Assembly: GCF_006345805.1 (NCBI RefSeq)
Contig: NC_043014.1
Coordinates: forward strand, 29,202,001 to 29,266,000
Direction: 5' to 3'
From: Octopus sinensis
Taxonomy: Eukaryota
Length of the DNA: 64,000 nt
Positions 1-12,871 of the stretch are shown here, in pieces. The position numbers and the translations under genes were made by a program. Positions within the stretch are counted from its first letter, which is position 1; each line of letters begins with the position of its first letter. The notes under the pieces are model-generated. The model was not told where the DNA came from, searched no databases, and saw only the letters and a list, made by a program, of their open reading frames with translations.

Positions 1-24
1 CCTGGATATAAGTATGTATATATA

Positions 25-57
<33 letters not shown>

Positions 58-58
<1 letters not shown>

Positions 59-266
59 CGGGAAGGTTACGAAAAATAAACAAAAGACGAAGGCAGGTGG
101 AGTACAAACAAACAATTGTATTAGTATGGCGCTCAGGAATAGAAATAAAACAAGTCTTTTACGTTTCGAGCCTACGCTCTTCGACAGAAAGATACACAGA
201 AAAGAAACAAGGAGAGAAACAAGGAGAGAAAAAAATGCATGCAGGAGCTAACGATTCAACATGGCG

Positions 267-270
<4 letters not shown>
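58..270 (-). mobile_element. Penelope-like pseudo-LTR fragment between (TA)n tracts, carrying a minimal hammerhead-like motif
   Basis: Same family recurs at 22385-22600 (+) and 43555-43715 (-). All copies abut (TA)n and contain GAGC-GTAG-GCTC-GAAAC. The Penelope assignment is inferred from the hammerhead motif and TA context. Confidence 0.6.
155..192 (-). ncRNA. Minimal type-I hammerhead ribozyme-like motif with variant core
   Basis: Minus strand reads TCTTT-CTGTCGA-A-GAGC(GTAG)GCTC-GAAAC-GT-A-AAAGA: stem I TCTTT/AAAGA, stem II GAGC/GCTC, palindromic ACGT stem III, GUA site. Core has A6>U and an extra A. Confidence 0.55.
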
Positions 271-273
<3 letters not shown>

Positions 274-309
<36 letters not shown>

Positions 310-383
310 CATATATATACACATGCATACATACATACATAGATACATACAAACATACATACATACATACATACATACATACA

Positions 384-417
<34 letters not shown>

Positions 418-420
418 CAT
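274..420. repeat. (TA)n and (CATA)n microsatellites
   Basis: Directly visible. Confidence 0.98.
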
Positions 421-679
421 ACACCTCATGTTGTGCGTCTGAAGAATGTGCCTTATTTTATAGGGTCAGTTGTGTGGCGATAGTGAAGTGAGGAAGATGC
501 TGACAATGTTAGTTAATGTAACCAATGTATTATTCGTTCATGGTTTTAGTTCCTATCATGGTTTGGACCTGTTCATAGGGTCTTTTTTAAATTTTCTGTT
601 GAAGCGTTTAGCAAAAGCAGTGAATCTGTGGCCTTCATCTTTTTTTTGAGGCTCCCTGTATGCGTCATTGTGTGTGTGT

Positions 680-905
680 GTGAGTATGTGTAGATACATA
701 GATAAGTAAATGTATACGTATATACATATATACGCACATATATTTATATATACCCATATACATGGATGCATGTATATGTATACACACACATATATAAATA
801 TAGATAGAGAGAGAGAGAGAGGTAGCTAGATTGCTTGATAGATAGGTTCATAGATGTGTATATTTATATGTATAAAGATATATATCAATGTGTGTGCGTA
901 TATAT

Positions 906-987
<82 letters not shown>

Positions 988-1228
988 GAATTCTCCCTAC
1001 ATATTTATATACACATATATATGCACACATTCATACGATATACATATATATGTATGTATATATATATATGTGTTTATATAAATTATATTTATACATATAG
1101 ATTATCTTTATATATGTATATTTATATACATATGAATATAGTATACTATATACACATGTATATATATATGTGTGTGTGTGTGTGTATCTTAAATAGATAT
1201 GTAGTTAGATATAGACAGACAGACAGAA

Positions 1229-1267
<39 letters not shown>

Positions 1268-1292
1268 TAGATAGATAGATAGATAGATAGAT

Positions 1293-1337
<45 letters not shown>

Positions 1338-1340
1338 TTA
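680..1340. repeat. Compound (TA)n/(CA)n/(GACA)n/(GATA)n microsatellite block
   Basis: Directly visible. Confidence 0.97.
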
Positions 1341-1489
1341 TCACATTATACGTGTTATTATGCCGTTTTATTATTTTTTCAATGTCCTTTTTTTTCAGCT
1401 TAGAGAAAGAACACCACCACACCCAGACTGTTCTATCATAACTGTCATAGACAACACAGAGCGATTGTGTTAGTAGTTAAAAAAAAAAG

Positions 1490-2087
1490 TAAGAAATGCC
1501 GCCACCATCACCACCACCACCAACCACCACCACTCCTATCACACCTACAGTCTGCCACTTTTTACCGCCACCACAAACATTATTGCCGTTACCACACAAT
1601 CACCACCAACGTCTCCACATACAACATTCGGCTCTGCCTCAATTATAACCACTTCCACCATCATCGCAGTCCACTAGCAGCAAGCAATCACCATCGCCGC
1701 CATTATAAGAACCACAATCACCATCACCGAAACCGCCACCTGTATCACCTCAACAGTCGCCACCGCCTCCACTTACCACCACCAGCTTAACAACTACTGC
1801 TACTACTACTACTATGAATACTACCATTGCAACCATCTCAACCACTGACGCCGACGACAAATGTACAGATTCTTTCAGTGACTTGCCTGCGTCGAGAAAT
1901 CCTTTATTACGTCACCCACAGGCAAAGCAGTCAGTCAACACCGCTGCTGCCGCCACCACTACCACCACCACCACCATCAACTGTGCAGACACAACACCAA
2001 CACAAGCAACACATTCACCACCACTACTACCGTTACTACTATTACTACTATCACCAGAGCAGACATCACCACCACCACCACCACCAT

Positions 2088-2140
<53 letters not shown>

Positions 2141-4080
2141 GGGCAGACATCACCAACACTACCACAACCACTACCACTACTACCACAGACGCCACTGCTA
2201 CCAGCACTGCGAATATGACCACCACTGCAGATTCCTTCAGCCACCTCCATCCGACTGCAACCACAACCACCACCACAATCATCAGCGCTGAAAAAACTAT
2301 CACCATTTCTTCTGAAAAACCATACCACTGCGGGTACCATCCCCATACGACGACAGCAGACGTCGCTACCCTGAACGCCATTTTAAACACCACTAGCACC
2401 ATAGCCGACACTAGAACCGTCATTGAACTACAACACCATGTTTGACACTACTATTACCACTATAGCAGTACAAACCGCCACTTCTACCACTCAAACAGCA
2501 GAGACCTTTATCACCACTACTAGAAACAACTGCCAACACCACCACTACGGCAGGTGCCACCATCACCATTGCAAAAAAATAATAATGATAATAATAATAA
2601 AATAGCCATTACCACTACAAGCGCTCCCCTTCGCAGTCACTGCTGACACCACCACCACCACCACCATCAATGCAGACACTACCACCACCACCACCAACAC
2701 CACCATCAATGCTGACACTACCACCACCACCACCACCACCACCACCATCAATGCAGACACTACCACCACCACCACCACCACCACCACCACTACCATCACC
2801 ATCAATGCAGACACTACCACAACCACCACCACCACCACCACCACCATCAATGCAGACACTACCACCACCACCACCACCACGACTACCACCACCATCAATG
2901 CAGACACTACCACACCACCACCACCACCACTACCACCACCACACCACCATCAATGCAGACACTACCACCACCACCACACCACCACCACCACTACCATCAC
3001 CATCAATGCAGACACTACCACCACCACCACCACCACCACCACCACCATCATGCAGACACTACCACCACACCACCACCACCACCACCACGACTACCACCAC
3101 CATCAATGCAGACACTACCACCACCACCACCACCACCCACCATCAATGCTGACACTACCACCACACCACCATCAATGCAGACACTACCACACCACCACCA
3201 CCACCACTACCACCACCACCACCACCACTACCACCACCATCAATGCAGACACTACCAACCACCACCACACACCACCACCACCATCAATGCAGACACTACC
3301 ACCACCACCACCACCACCACCACCACTACCATCACCATCAATGCAGACACTACCACAACCACACCACCACCACCACCACCATCAATGCAGACACTACCAC
3401 CACCACCACCACCACGACTACCACCACCATCAATGCAGACACTACCACCACCACCACCACCACCACTACCACCACCATCAATGCAGACACTACCACCACC
3501 ACCACCACCACCACCACCACTACCATCACCATCAATGCAGACACTACCACCACCACCACCACCACCCACCACCATCATGCAGACACTACCACCACCACCA
3601 CCACCACCACCACCACCACCACCACCATCAATGCAGACACTACCACCACCACCACCACTACCATCACCATCAATGCTGACACTACCACCACCACCATCAA
3701 TGCAGACACTACCACCACCACCACCACCACCACCACCACCACCACCACCACCACTACCACCACCATCAATGCAGACACTACCACCACCACCACCACCACC
3801 ACCACCACTACCATCACCATCAATGCAGACACTGCCATCACTATGACCACCACTATTACAAGACACCAGCGCCGCCGCCGCCGCTGCTAACAGCATCACC
3901 ACCACTACCGCTGTCACTGCCACTATTGTTGCCCCAAATAGCGACACCAGCACCCACCTACACCACTATGGGACATCATCACCGCCTTCACCGCAGCCAC
4001 TACCACTACAGATACCACCATACCAACACCATGGCAGACCTCATTACCACCACCACCACCACCACTACTTATGACACATT
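1490..4080. repeat. (ACC)n/(ACT)n low-complexity region with a central minisatellite of about 25 ATCAATGCAGACACT-(ACC)n units (2665-3835)
   Basis: 15-bp core repeats with variable ACC spacers; the poly-Pro/His/Thr ORFs are artefacts of this repeat. Confidence 0.95.
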
Positions 4081-5604
4081 TATTGCATCATCCATCTACA
4101 CTGCCCTATCTACACCTCTTCCACCAAGACACTTATGACGTAACTCGCGTCGCTTACTGCACTTCTAGTAATCGCTCTCTTACAATCTCTTACTCTCTCT
4201 GTCTCTTACTCTCACTCTTTCTCTCTTTCTCGTTCTCTCAGACTATCTGCCCTTTATGTTTATCGTTCTCTCTCTCCCTAACTCTCTTCCTCTCTCTCTC
4301 TCTCTTCTTCCGTCGCTCTCTGTACCTCTCACGGTCGGTTTTGTCTCATTCTCTCTATCTCCCCTAGAACCTCTCTCTTTCTCTCTCAGCCTCTCTATAT
4401 CTATCAATCTGCTTATCTATCTCTCTATTCCTCTCCTTCTGTTATTATCACCTCTACTTCCACTACTCCCACTACTACTTCCGCCAACTTCTCTATAACC
4501 ACCATCACCACCATCATCATCACAACCAAAACCACCACCGCAACTGATGGCTTCAGCGAAGGTACCTTGAGACCGCTTGACCTGCTTCAAGTAACAGTCA
4601 AATTTCATACAAATCATACCCTACAATCTCAAAACGGTGGAGCATGCTGGATATTGCGATCCTAGACATACCATGCCTGAAAAAAACACAAGATCATCAC
4701 GGCTGGAACGTCTTTTGACCATAATTCAGTTCGATGTGAGCTGATCTCGGAGTTAAATAGTTCCACTCGTTGATAGACCCTGTAAGTAGTCACTCGACAT
4801 GCTAGAAATAACAGCTAAGTCTTCCCCATTATCACATCGTAGCGTCTTAAAATGAAAGGTACATGATATAATACGATCTTATATACATTTTCTGAAACAG
4901 AGGAGGATGGCCACCACTGAAATGCCTTTTATCATACGGTGACACGTGTAGAACAACAACAATAATCTAACTAGGAAGCTCTAAATAGTTAGAGTTTAAA
5001 TGGTCACTCAACATGCAAGAAATAACAGCTAAATCAAGTGCTTCCTATATTAAAGTTCACATATCTGTACCCACATTCTACCGGGTGTGGCATATATATT
5101 TGCCCATTATTCATTTTATCATAAAATCAAACGTCTTAGGTTTTGGTTAATGAAAGTTTGCAGGTTGACTACTTGCAGGATCTGTGAAAATTCCATTGAA
5201 CGAAAAAAATTGAGAGGAGATATTTAAGAAAACAAGGATGATTTGCACATTTATTGTATATAAAATCTTATTGTTGCCTGTGCAATAAGAGATAGAAAAA
5301 TATACGATAATAATCTATATAATACTTAATACATATATTTTTCATTAGTATTTAACTCTGTTGAAACTACAAGATCAATATATAATTGCATATTACTTAT
5401 TACGCAATATATTTTATCATAATTACTTTACTGATATGCAATTTATGCTCACCAAAGAATATGGAAAATATACACAATGTTTTATTAACATGATTAGTTT
5501 CAATTCCATTACAAATTATGCTGTTTCACTTTTTGTCAAAATTGTGTACAATATGATTTTAACATTTTCCTCTGATAAGCACCTTAAGTTTTTCTCTTTT
5601 CTCT

Positions 5605-5605
5605 G

Positions 5606-5700
<95 letters not shown>
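5605..5700. repeat. (CT)n microsatellite
   Basis: Directly visible. Confidence 0.98.
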
Positions 5701-5701
<1 letters not shown>

Positions 5702-8700
5702 CTTCAACAAAATTTTAAACCGTGCAATTCCCCTCTTCACTTCATTAAATTTTTTTCTCTTTCTCTGCACCTCTCACTTCCGCTGACCACGTGAGTGACA
5801 ACGCAGTGCATCAGCTGGCTATCTGTTATCTCGCTCACTTTCCCTGCCTCCCTCTCATTCTCACATTCCCTTTTCTTCTCTCTCTCTTTCCCTCCCTCTC
5901 TGTCACTCTTACTCCACTTCTCACTTACCCCACCTCTCTCTCACTCCGCTTCTATCTCTCTCCACCTCTCTAAACTAAAATGTAACGTGTGAACGAACGA
6001 ACCGGCAGAATTATAATATAAATGGCTTACAAATATTTACAATTGAAAAGGACCACCCTTCGCTTTCACCATAGCCCTTAGTCCTTTTTGAACTAAAGGG
6101 CATTGCTTACTATGTTTAAATTATGGGTATATGCATATGCGGCACCCAGTAGACCATACCTAAAAAGTGCTATTACATAGATTGGCAGCTAATCGCTCAT
6201 CAACAGGCTACACCTATGAGCTCACAAATGTGCCCGTGTACATTTACAATGGTTCCTCGTTTCCCCGAAGGAGCCCACCCTAAATACGGGTCTCTCTTTT
6301 AATTATTTAATTATTTTTTTTACGATACAAATGCTACAATAAACATACCACATGATCATCCCTCCTCGGGACTTTGAAACACCTCTGATATTCTGGCGTG
6401 TCTCAGCCTTTAAAACTACTCACAGAACATCGGACGCGTCAAGCTCATCAATAGTGGGGGAGGACCATTAGTTTTGTTTCTCTTTTTCTTCTTGTTCCAA
6501 CTAAATAATAATTTTTAACGTACACAATAGTGTCCGAATTTTTTGTCGCAGCAGCACCAGCGGTACCACAAATTGCTGAACCAGATGTACTGGAAAATCC
6601 GCCTTGTTCTTACTTTGTGCATATTTGGGAAGAGTTATAACTCTATTTAATGTCCACCTCCACCACTTATTCTTGACTGCGGAACACTAAACAATGAAAT
6701 TGGCTCCTGCTGGTTTTGAACACAAAATTTGAAGACAAGCAGTACATCAAAATATTCAGACCGGCACCTCTCATAAAGAATGTATATTGAGCTTCGTATC
6801 ATCTTGTACGTTGAGAAATGTAATGTGATATGAAAATGCTCTTTTCTTCCCTCACCCCAAATCCGGACTAATTTCATTGATTAGTCAAAGTCAACACCGA
6901 TGGAGCAGTTAATTGACCAAAAGCTTTCCAGCCGCAAACGTCATTAGGTTTTTTTTTGGGGGGGGGGGTGCTGTTTTTTTCTTTTTCTCCTTTTATCTAA
7001 CTGATGGTGTTCGGCAAAAGTCCCATTTGGTATATTTGCTACTCGTGGCAAAAACCACCTGAAGGTTATTTCTAATATCTGGAAAATTTCAAAGACTAAT
7101 AGTGTCCGAAATTTTTGTAGCACCATCGGTACCACAATTTGCTGAACTAGATGTGCTGTAAAATTCGCCTTGTTCTTAGTCCTAAATGCGAACGACATCA
7201 GAGCACCCTTTTCCACTTCAGAGATGGCGAAGACAATCACCTCATGCCCGATCCGGGAAAAAAAAAACCCAGCAATCAAGCACCCTGTCTTCCTACCATA
7301 ACGAACAGCAATAGTACCATTTCTTCTTTTTATGATATGGGGAGATAATGGAATCGAACAAAATTTTCGAATAGAAAAACGTTTACCTCAAAAAGTAAAG
7401 TTAACCGCAGCAGAAAACAATAAAAGGAAAAGATAATGAACCTCTCCCTCTGAACAACAACGACGTTTCACAACGACGTGGAAGATGATGAATGGGTTTA
7501 TGAAGACCTTCGGCGATCAATCCAACGTCTCATAAGACAAAAAAAAAACAGATTTGTGCTCCGACAGGCGGCGTTGCTCGGAAATATTATTTGAAGAAGT
7601 TTGGGATATATGAAACATTCTAAAAAGTCTGCAGTAAAAAGGGTTTTCGAGGGTATCGGCTATTATATGAAACTATCTACTCTAAAATTTATAATGGACA
7701 TTGAGTACATGTGTGACACGTACCAGACTTGCTGGGTTAGCAGAGATGTAAATATTCAACCTTGCTAGTGGTTTCTCATCCTTGTGAGAACTCTCAAAAT
7801 TTTTCTATTTGAATTATATCCTATTTTAAATATTATCTATTTATTTGTCTATGTATGTATTTGTATGCGTATATAAGCAGTTAGCTTGACGCCGTGTTTA
7901 ATAGTGCAACCGCTTTCAGTCCTTCCCGTGTTTATATATGACATATTTGTCTCATATGTCACGTTTCTTTATAATATTTATTGTTTCTTATAAAGGCTTG
8001 TGGTTAATAAAGAAGCAATTATTGCTGCTGCTGCTGTTGTTGTCGTTGCTTCTTGCTTTAGTAACGTGTCTTTATTTGTGCTCCGGTCTAAGAATTAGAT
8101 TTTGCGAGTCTCGCAAAAAGCTGGATTGCTATTTATGCGTATTATTACGTGGAATCAATATTCATTCAATGCCGCCAGATTCTTCCTTTATTCTTTATTT
8201 TTTTGTATGCCATATTTATGAGAAAAAAGATATTTTGAAAGTATCTTTTTTTTGCTAGGCCACATCTTTGCAAAACATCGAACGGATACGCCTCCTCAAC
8301 GAACAAAAATGTCACAGAGACAACGCACAGAAAGAAAAAAAAAACGTAAAAATGAAAACACAGACATAATAAAAAATGATGTGCCTGGTATTACTGAAAC
8401 ACAACAGGTTTATTTGAAGCGTTACTTTGAAGCGTATAATGGCAGTGGTAACAATAGAAACACACAACTTTTGATGCGCATATTCGATAACGTCGCTTCA
8501 AAGAAGCAAATTTTAAACTTGAACAGGTTCCTCTTGGTGACACAAATTTTGGTAAGACTGTACTTAAAAATCTCTATCTTCTAGCCCCAATACGTTCTCC
8601 AAGAAAGGGAAAGGAGAAAACAGAACTGCACCGTCTGTGTAAGCTTTTTTTAAAAATTAATTGAATTAGGTGCTGCCAATGTACAGAACGGTATTTTGTC

Positions 8701-9844
8701 GAATGAACGAAACCACGTATCCATATCCATCCATACATATGTACCACAATAAACGGGATAATGCGACGCAAGGTGATTGAAGGGTATTGTTGATGGCATT
8801 AAACTCCGGCACAATGTCGCCTTTGTTGTACAACAATCGGTGGATTGTGCTGGAGGAAGTGACATAGAATGACATGTGGTCGAGGAGGATCAGTATGAAT
8901 TTGCAAGTTCTTTTGATATCATAAATCTACGAGACCGTTCCATTCCTTGTCATGGATGCTGAAATATAACATGTGATATCGACGGTGCATGGCAGAAGGC
9001 TCAGCTAAAATATTTGTGAATGACCAAAGTTCGGGAGACTTTAAAAAAATCACACACAGGTTACTGTTCCAATAGCACCGTCAGTTGCAGTGACGGGACT
9101 GATCGGCTCATTTTATAAGTACCAGCATCCTGTAAAAAGTACTCACTCTATGAGGTCATATGGCTTGATGGGAAGCACCTAGTATGCGGCCGGTTAAAAT
9201 TTAAAGCCGTGTTGGAAGAGATGCCAACAATATCAACAATGATAACAAAGACAAGGACAACGATGATAAACGACGACGAGGAGGATGAGGATGAGGATAA
9301 GGGGATTGCGGCATTTTTTCGGCTTCTTTATGTTATTTGTTCAAAAGCCGCCAACGTCAACTTTGCATTTAGGTCGATAAAATAAAGAGCCAATCGAAAT
9401 ACTGGGGTAAATGGTTTCGACTAGCCTCCTACCGTCAAAATGATGATATTGCTTATAATACTATTAAATTTTACTAAAGTTACATTAGATAAAACACTTA
9501 TCACTATCGCCTGCGCTTTTCTTCCTTTTTATCAAATGGTCAAACATATCAAAGAAGGAAAAAAGCAATAAAAGTAGTTTCTTCTACTAATCACAAAAGT
9601 CGGGATTATCTCGGAAGCGTAGAGGAAAGCAACAAACAGTAGGAGATCTTACATCGAGTAAAAGAACACATTGATAAGTTGATTATAATAAATAGCACCA
9701 ACGGTACAACGCAAAAATAAGAACATGAGAAAGACTTCACCAAATGGGTTGGCAATTACATCGATTGAATCGCGCATCCCACACTTAACCCCTGATTGCT
9801 TGGACACACCTAAGGTATGTAATTTCAACCAATACTTACCACTG

Positions 9845-11820
9845 GCTTTCAGGTAGTATAGTTAGACACAATTAGTCGTGCAACATTCATTTCTTTCACT
9901 TGTATCCCTACTTGCATCTGTCTATTCAAATGGTACTTGAAACCGTTGATGCGGTCTTGTTCTAAGAACAAAAGCAGTGTTCTCAAACCTTTCAGCCACA
10001 TCCACCACACAATCTCCATCACCACAGCCTCCCGAGAGAAGACTTCCTGCCCTTCTTTGCCAAATGATGGCAGTGTTTCATTCTTTACGATATACTCACG
10101 GATATCCGGTATAATTCCGCATGTGATAGCTTTTCATCATAAAACCCACAATCAGTAATGCACGAACATTAAACGAGTGCATAGCAAACATTTTTATTAC
10201 CATACACGAACCTGAATGTCCTTTAGAGTGACTATTCAGACAGTACCTGTGAATGACATTCCCAAAGCATCCTCATTCGTGTTCTGTAGCAATCCTCGAT
10301 AAGATTCGAGTTAATTTACCGGTGTCTGTATGCCCCCCGCCCTAGCAGGGTGCACTGAGCACTTGGTGACAAACTAGATGCCAAACGTCCAACCTTGGTC
10401 CGCGCTTGACCCAGGGCTGTAGCTGGAGCTACAGAAAAGTTTGTCGTTTGAATGGCAACCACACAACGGTTAACAGCACTGGTAGAAGTGTCAGCCTTAC
10501 TGCTTAGATATTGTCAACCACAGTATCGGAGTAGTCACAAAAGTGGCTAACCCGCAAGGGCTTGCCTCATTCAGGACCAAGACGCAAGCTTACCAACTTG
10601 TCATAATTAATACATAATCCTAATATCTCCTAGTATTACTCCGGTATGAGGCAAACCACCTCCGTTCCGCATTTGTCATCGTCTACACACGCAGACAAGG
10701 ATTTTTCCTGACTTTCAGTCGAGCAGGATACTAACGAATGTATCCAACCACTTCTACAAAGTGTCAATCACCAAAATATACTGAAGAGATTAGTGAAGCC
10801 ATCTTGAAAATCGAACATGCGATGAGGAATAGTTTCTATGAGTGGTCATTCATTTTCACAACCAAACAGATGCTGTTGCACATGTAACCTAAACTTTGAA
10901 GATGTGGTTGAAACCGGCTACTTTTAAGACAGGTACCAAGTAGTAACGGCTAACACCATCAACTACTATTGAGAGGATGAGCTATTCGATTGATCTAAAT
11001 TGATAAGAACCCCATTGAAACCATATCTAGAGCCAACCCACTCTTCAGGTTCATTAACTAGAGTTAATGAACCTGAAATTGTCTTTCATGTCTTCTTAAT
11101 TAGCAACATCACATTTTGCCCCAGGCGACATGAGCTATTCCTAGTCAGCTGGGCAGCTAAGCAATGATAGAATCGCCATACTATCCAGGCAATTTACTCA
11201 TTGCACAGCTGAGACGCATTCACTCTATCGTCTGCTAAAATCAGATTTCATGGCACTCTGCATCATCAACCGAGAGTTGCAACAGACCGTAAGAAGTGAA
11301 CATCGAAATCCACTCTCCTCAATTTCCACTCTCTTCGTAAACAGTTCGGCCATATGTTGTTGAACAGCTGAGCACATCTACTTGGTCTGCTAAAGATCGA
11401 AGTGTCATTTTGTAGTCACGTTGCGTCTCTGCCATCTGCTCTCATCTAACAGTGATTGCTACCTCGTTTATCAGAGCTCGTGTTCTAATATAAACAATGC
11501 ATCCTACGAGCTGTTTAACTCTTCTAATCGATCGACTCGCAGCTTCTCAACTTTGCTGCTCCTTTTCACTACATCTTTGCTATGAATACTTTTCCTCATT
11601 ATTCATAACTCGCAAAAACTTTCTATTCTTGCTTTTTAATTCGCTAATATGATCCCTGAAATCTTTCTAGCACTCAGTTCTCTCCCACCATCTGGTTCTA
11701 GGAGCCTTTAGTGAATTTCTATCTGCTGCATGCATTTGGTCCAGGTTTCCAGTCTGCAGACAACTTCATCCGTTCTTTTCAGTTGTATTGAAGGTTCTGA
11801 AAAATGCCATTGGCACTGCC
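9845..11820 (-). mobile_element. Heavily decayed Tx1/L1-clade LINE ORF2 (RT plus C-terminal region)
   Basis: Minus-strand pieces read GVLINLDQS / YYLVPVLKVAGF (RT motif like LDQxKAFDRV), SACVDD (YADD-like) and LPSFGKEGQEVF..VVMEIVWWMWLKGL, the last matching the C-terminus of the Tx1 copy at 30.6-30.8 kb. Many stops and frameshifts. Confidence 0.7.
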
Positions 11821-12182
11821 TTTTCTCCTCTGACTAAATCCTGAAAATAAATAGAATAAATATAACAAAGCAAAAAAATAATAATTAACTATTAGCGACA
11901 GTATCAATACCAAAAGGTAATATTTATATCCAACTTAACGTGGACGTCTTGTTTTCGGTGTTCTAACAAAATATCCATGATAAATTGGATATAATAATCT
12001 TCACATAACTATTCATATAAAAAAATAATATACGTTCATACATACAGGCATGCATGCATATATACATATATATGTATATACACACATACACACACGTACG
12101 CACACGCACGCATACCTATACACACACGTATACCTATACACACATGTATATATACGTGTGTGTATGTGTGTGTGGGGGGGAA

Positions 12183-12324
12183 GGGCTGTGTTGTAAGTAG
12201 CTTGCTTACGAACCACATGGTTCAGGGTTCAGTCCCACTGCGTGGCACCTTGGGCAAGTGTCTTCTACTATAGCCTCGGGCCGACCAAAGCCTTGTGAGT
12301 GGATTTGGTAGACGGAAACTGAAA
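12183..12324 (+). mobile_element. tRNA-derived SINE family A, 5' part
   Basis: GGTTCAGTCCC B-box-like head plus body CACTGCGTGGCACCTTGGGCAAGTGTC...GGAAACTGAAA shared with many copies. Confidence 0.9.
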
Positions 12325-12800
12325 CGCTTGATAGAGGTAGTAGAGAGCCAATCCGATGATAAATCTGACCTTGGACCTTGAAAGTTTGCATGAATCCTGG
12401 CTCAGTTAAATCTCTTGTGGCTCCAAATGATGTCATTTGTAGTGCATTTGTTTTGGGAGTGCTTGGAATCTTGGTCAGTTGATGACAACAGTTTCTTCAA
12501 TGGCTCTGGAGGTTGGGGGATTGCAGGTGGTTTAACCTTTCCACCACTACAGCACAGTGCATGTGGCACTCCAGGCCACTTCTTTGCTTTACAATGTATG
12601 TACTCAGTTGTCATTGCACCAATGGAAACTCTACTGTCATCTGCATAATGAACTACTGGATCATAATTGAAAGCTGCTTCATAGAAATTGCTTCTCTGAG
12701 CTGTTGCAACTGCTCTTCGTTCTGCAGAGGAGATCCTAATCCTTGTCAGCCGTGCATACCTCTGTTCATCACTTTGAGCTGCTCTGGCTTTTGTAGTGCA
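12325..12800 (-). mobile_element. Helitron Rep/helicase N-terminal fragment
   Basis: AFNYDP..IGAMTTEYIHCKAKKW..CCSGGKVKPPAIPQPPEPLKKLL followed by MTSFGA..GFMQTFKVQGQIYHRIGSLLP, the characteristic Helitron Rep motifs. Confidence 0.88.
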
Positions 12801-12836
12801 CAGTCTGTTTGTTTCTTGATGTGCTTGCCTTTCTAC

Positions 12837-12871
<35 letters not shown>

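Noticed and set aside
2665-3835. Repeat-spacer pattern resembling a CRISPR array
   Set aside because: The spacers are only (ACC)n runs, not unique sequence; there are no cas genes, and the context is eukaryotic
2670-3953. Long Pro/Thr/His/Gly-rich ORFs (extensin- or mucin-like)
   Set aside because: All frames are open because ACC repeats lack stops; frames shift between units and there is no splice or signal-peptide evidence
5765-5825. Cluster of ETS (ACTTCCG) and E-box (CACGTG, CAGCTG) motifs as a promoter
   Set aside because: Short motifs are expected by chance, and there is no transcript or gene to anchor them
7700-7770. CDTYQTCWVSRDVNI resembling the Fanzor/TnpB zinc-finger plus RuvC-III motif (CxxC..RDxNAAxNI)
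   Set aside because: The second Cys and AAxN are missing, and I found no upstream RuvC-I or DE..TS..CxxC motif. An HMM search of 6.9-7.8 kb against Fanzor profiles would settle it.
9838-11821. Minus-strand splice acceptor (TTTTCAG) and donor (GTAAGT) bracketing 2 kb
   Set aside because: The enclosed sequence is a stop-riddled LINE relic; such signals are common in AT-rich DNA
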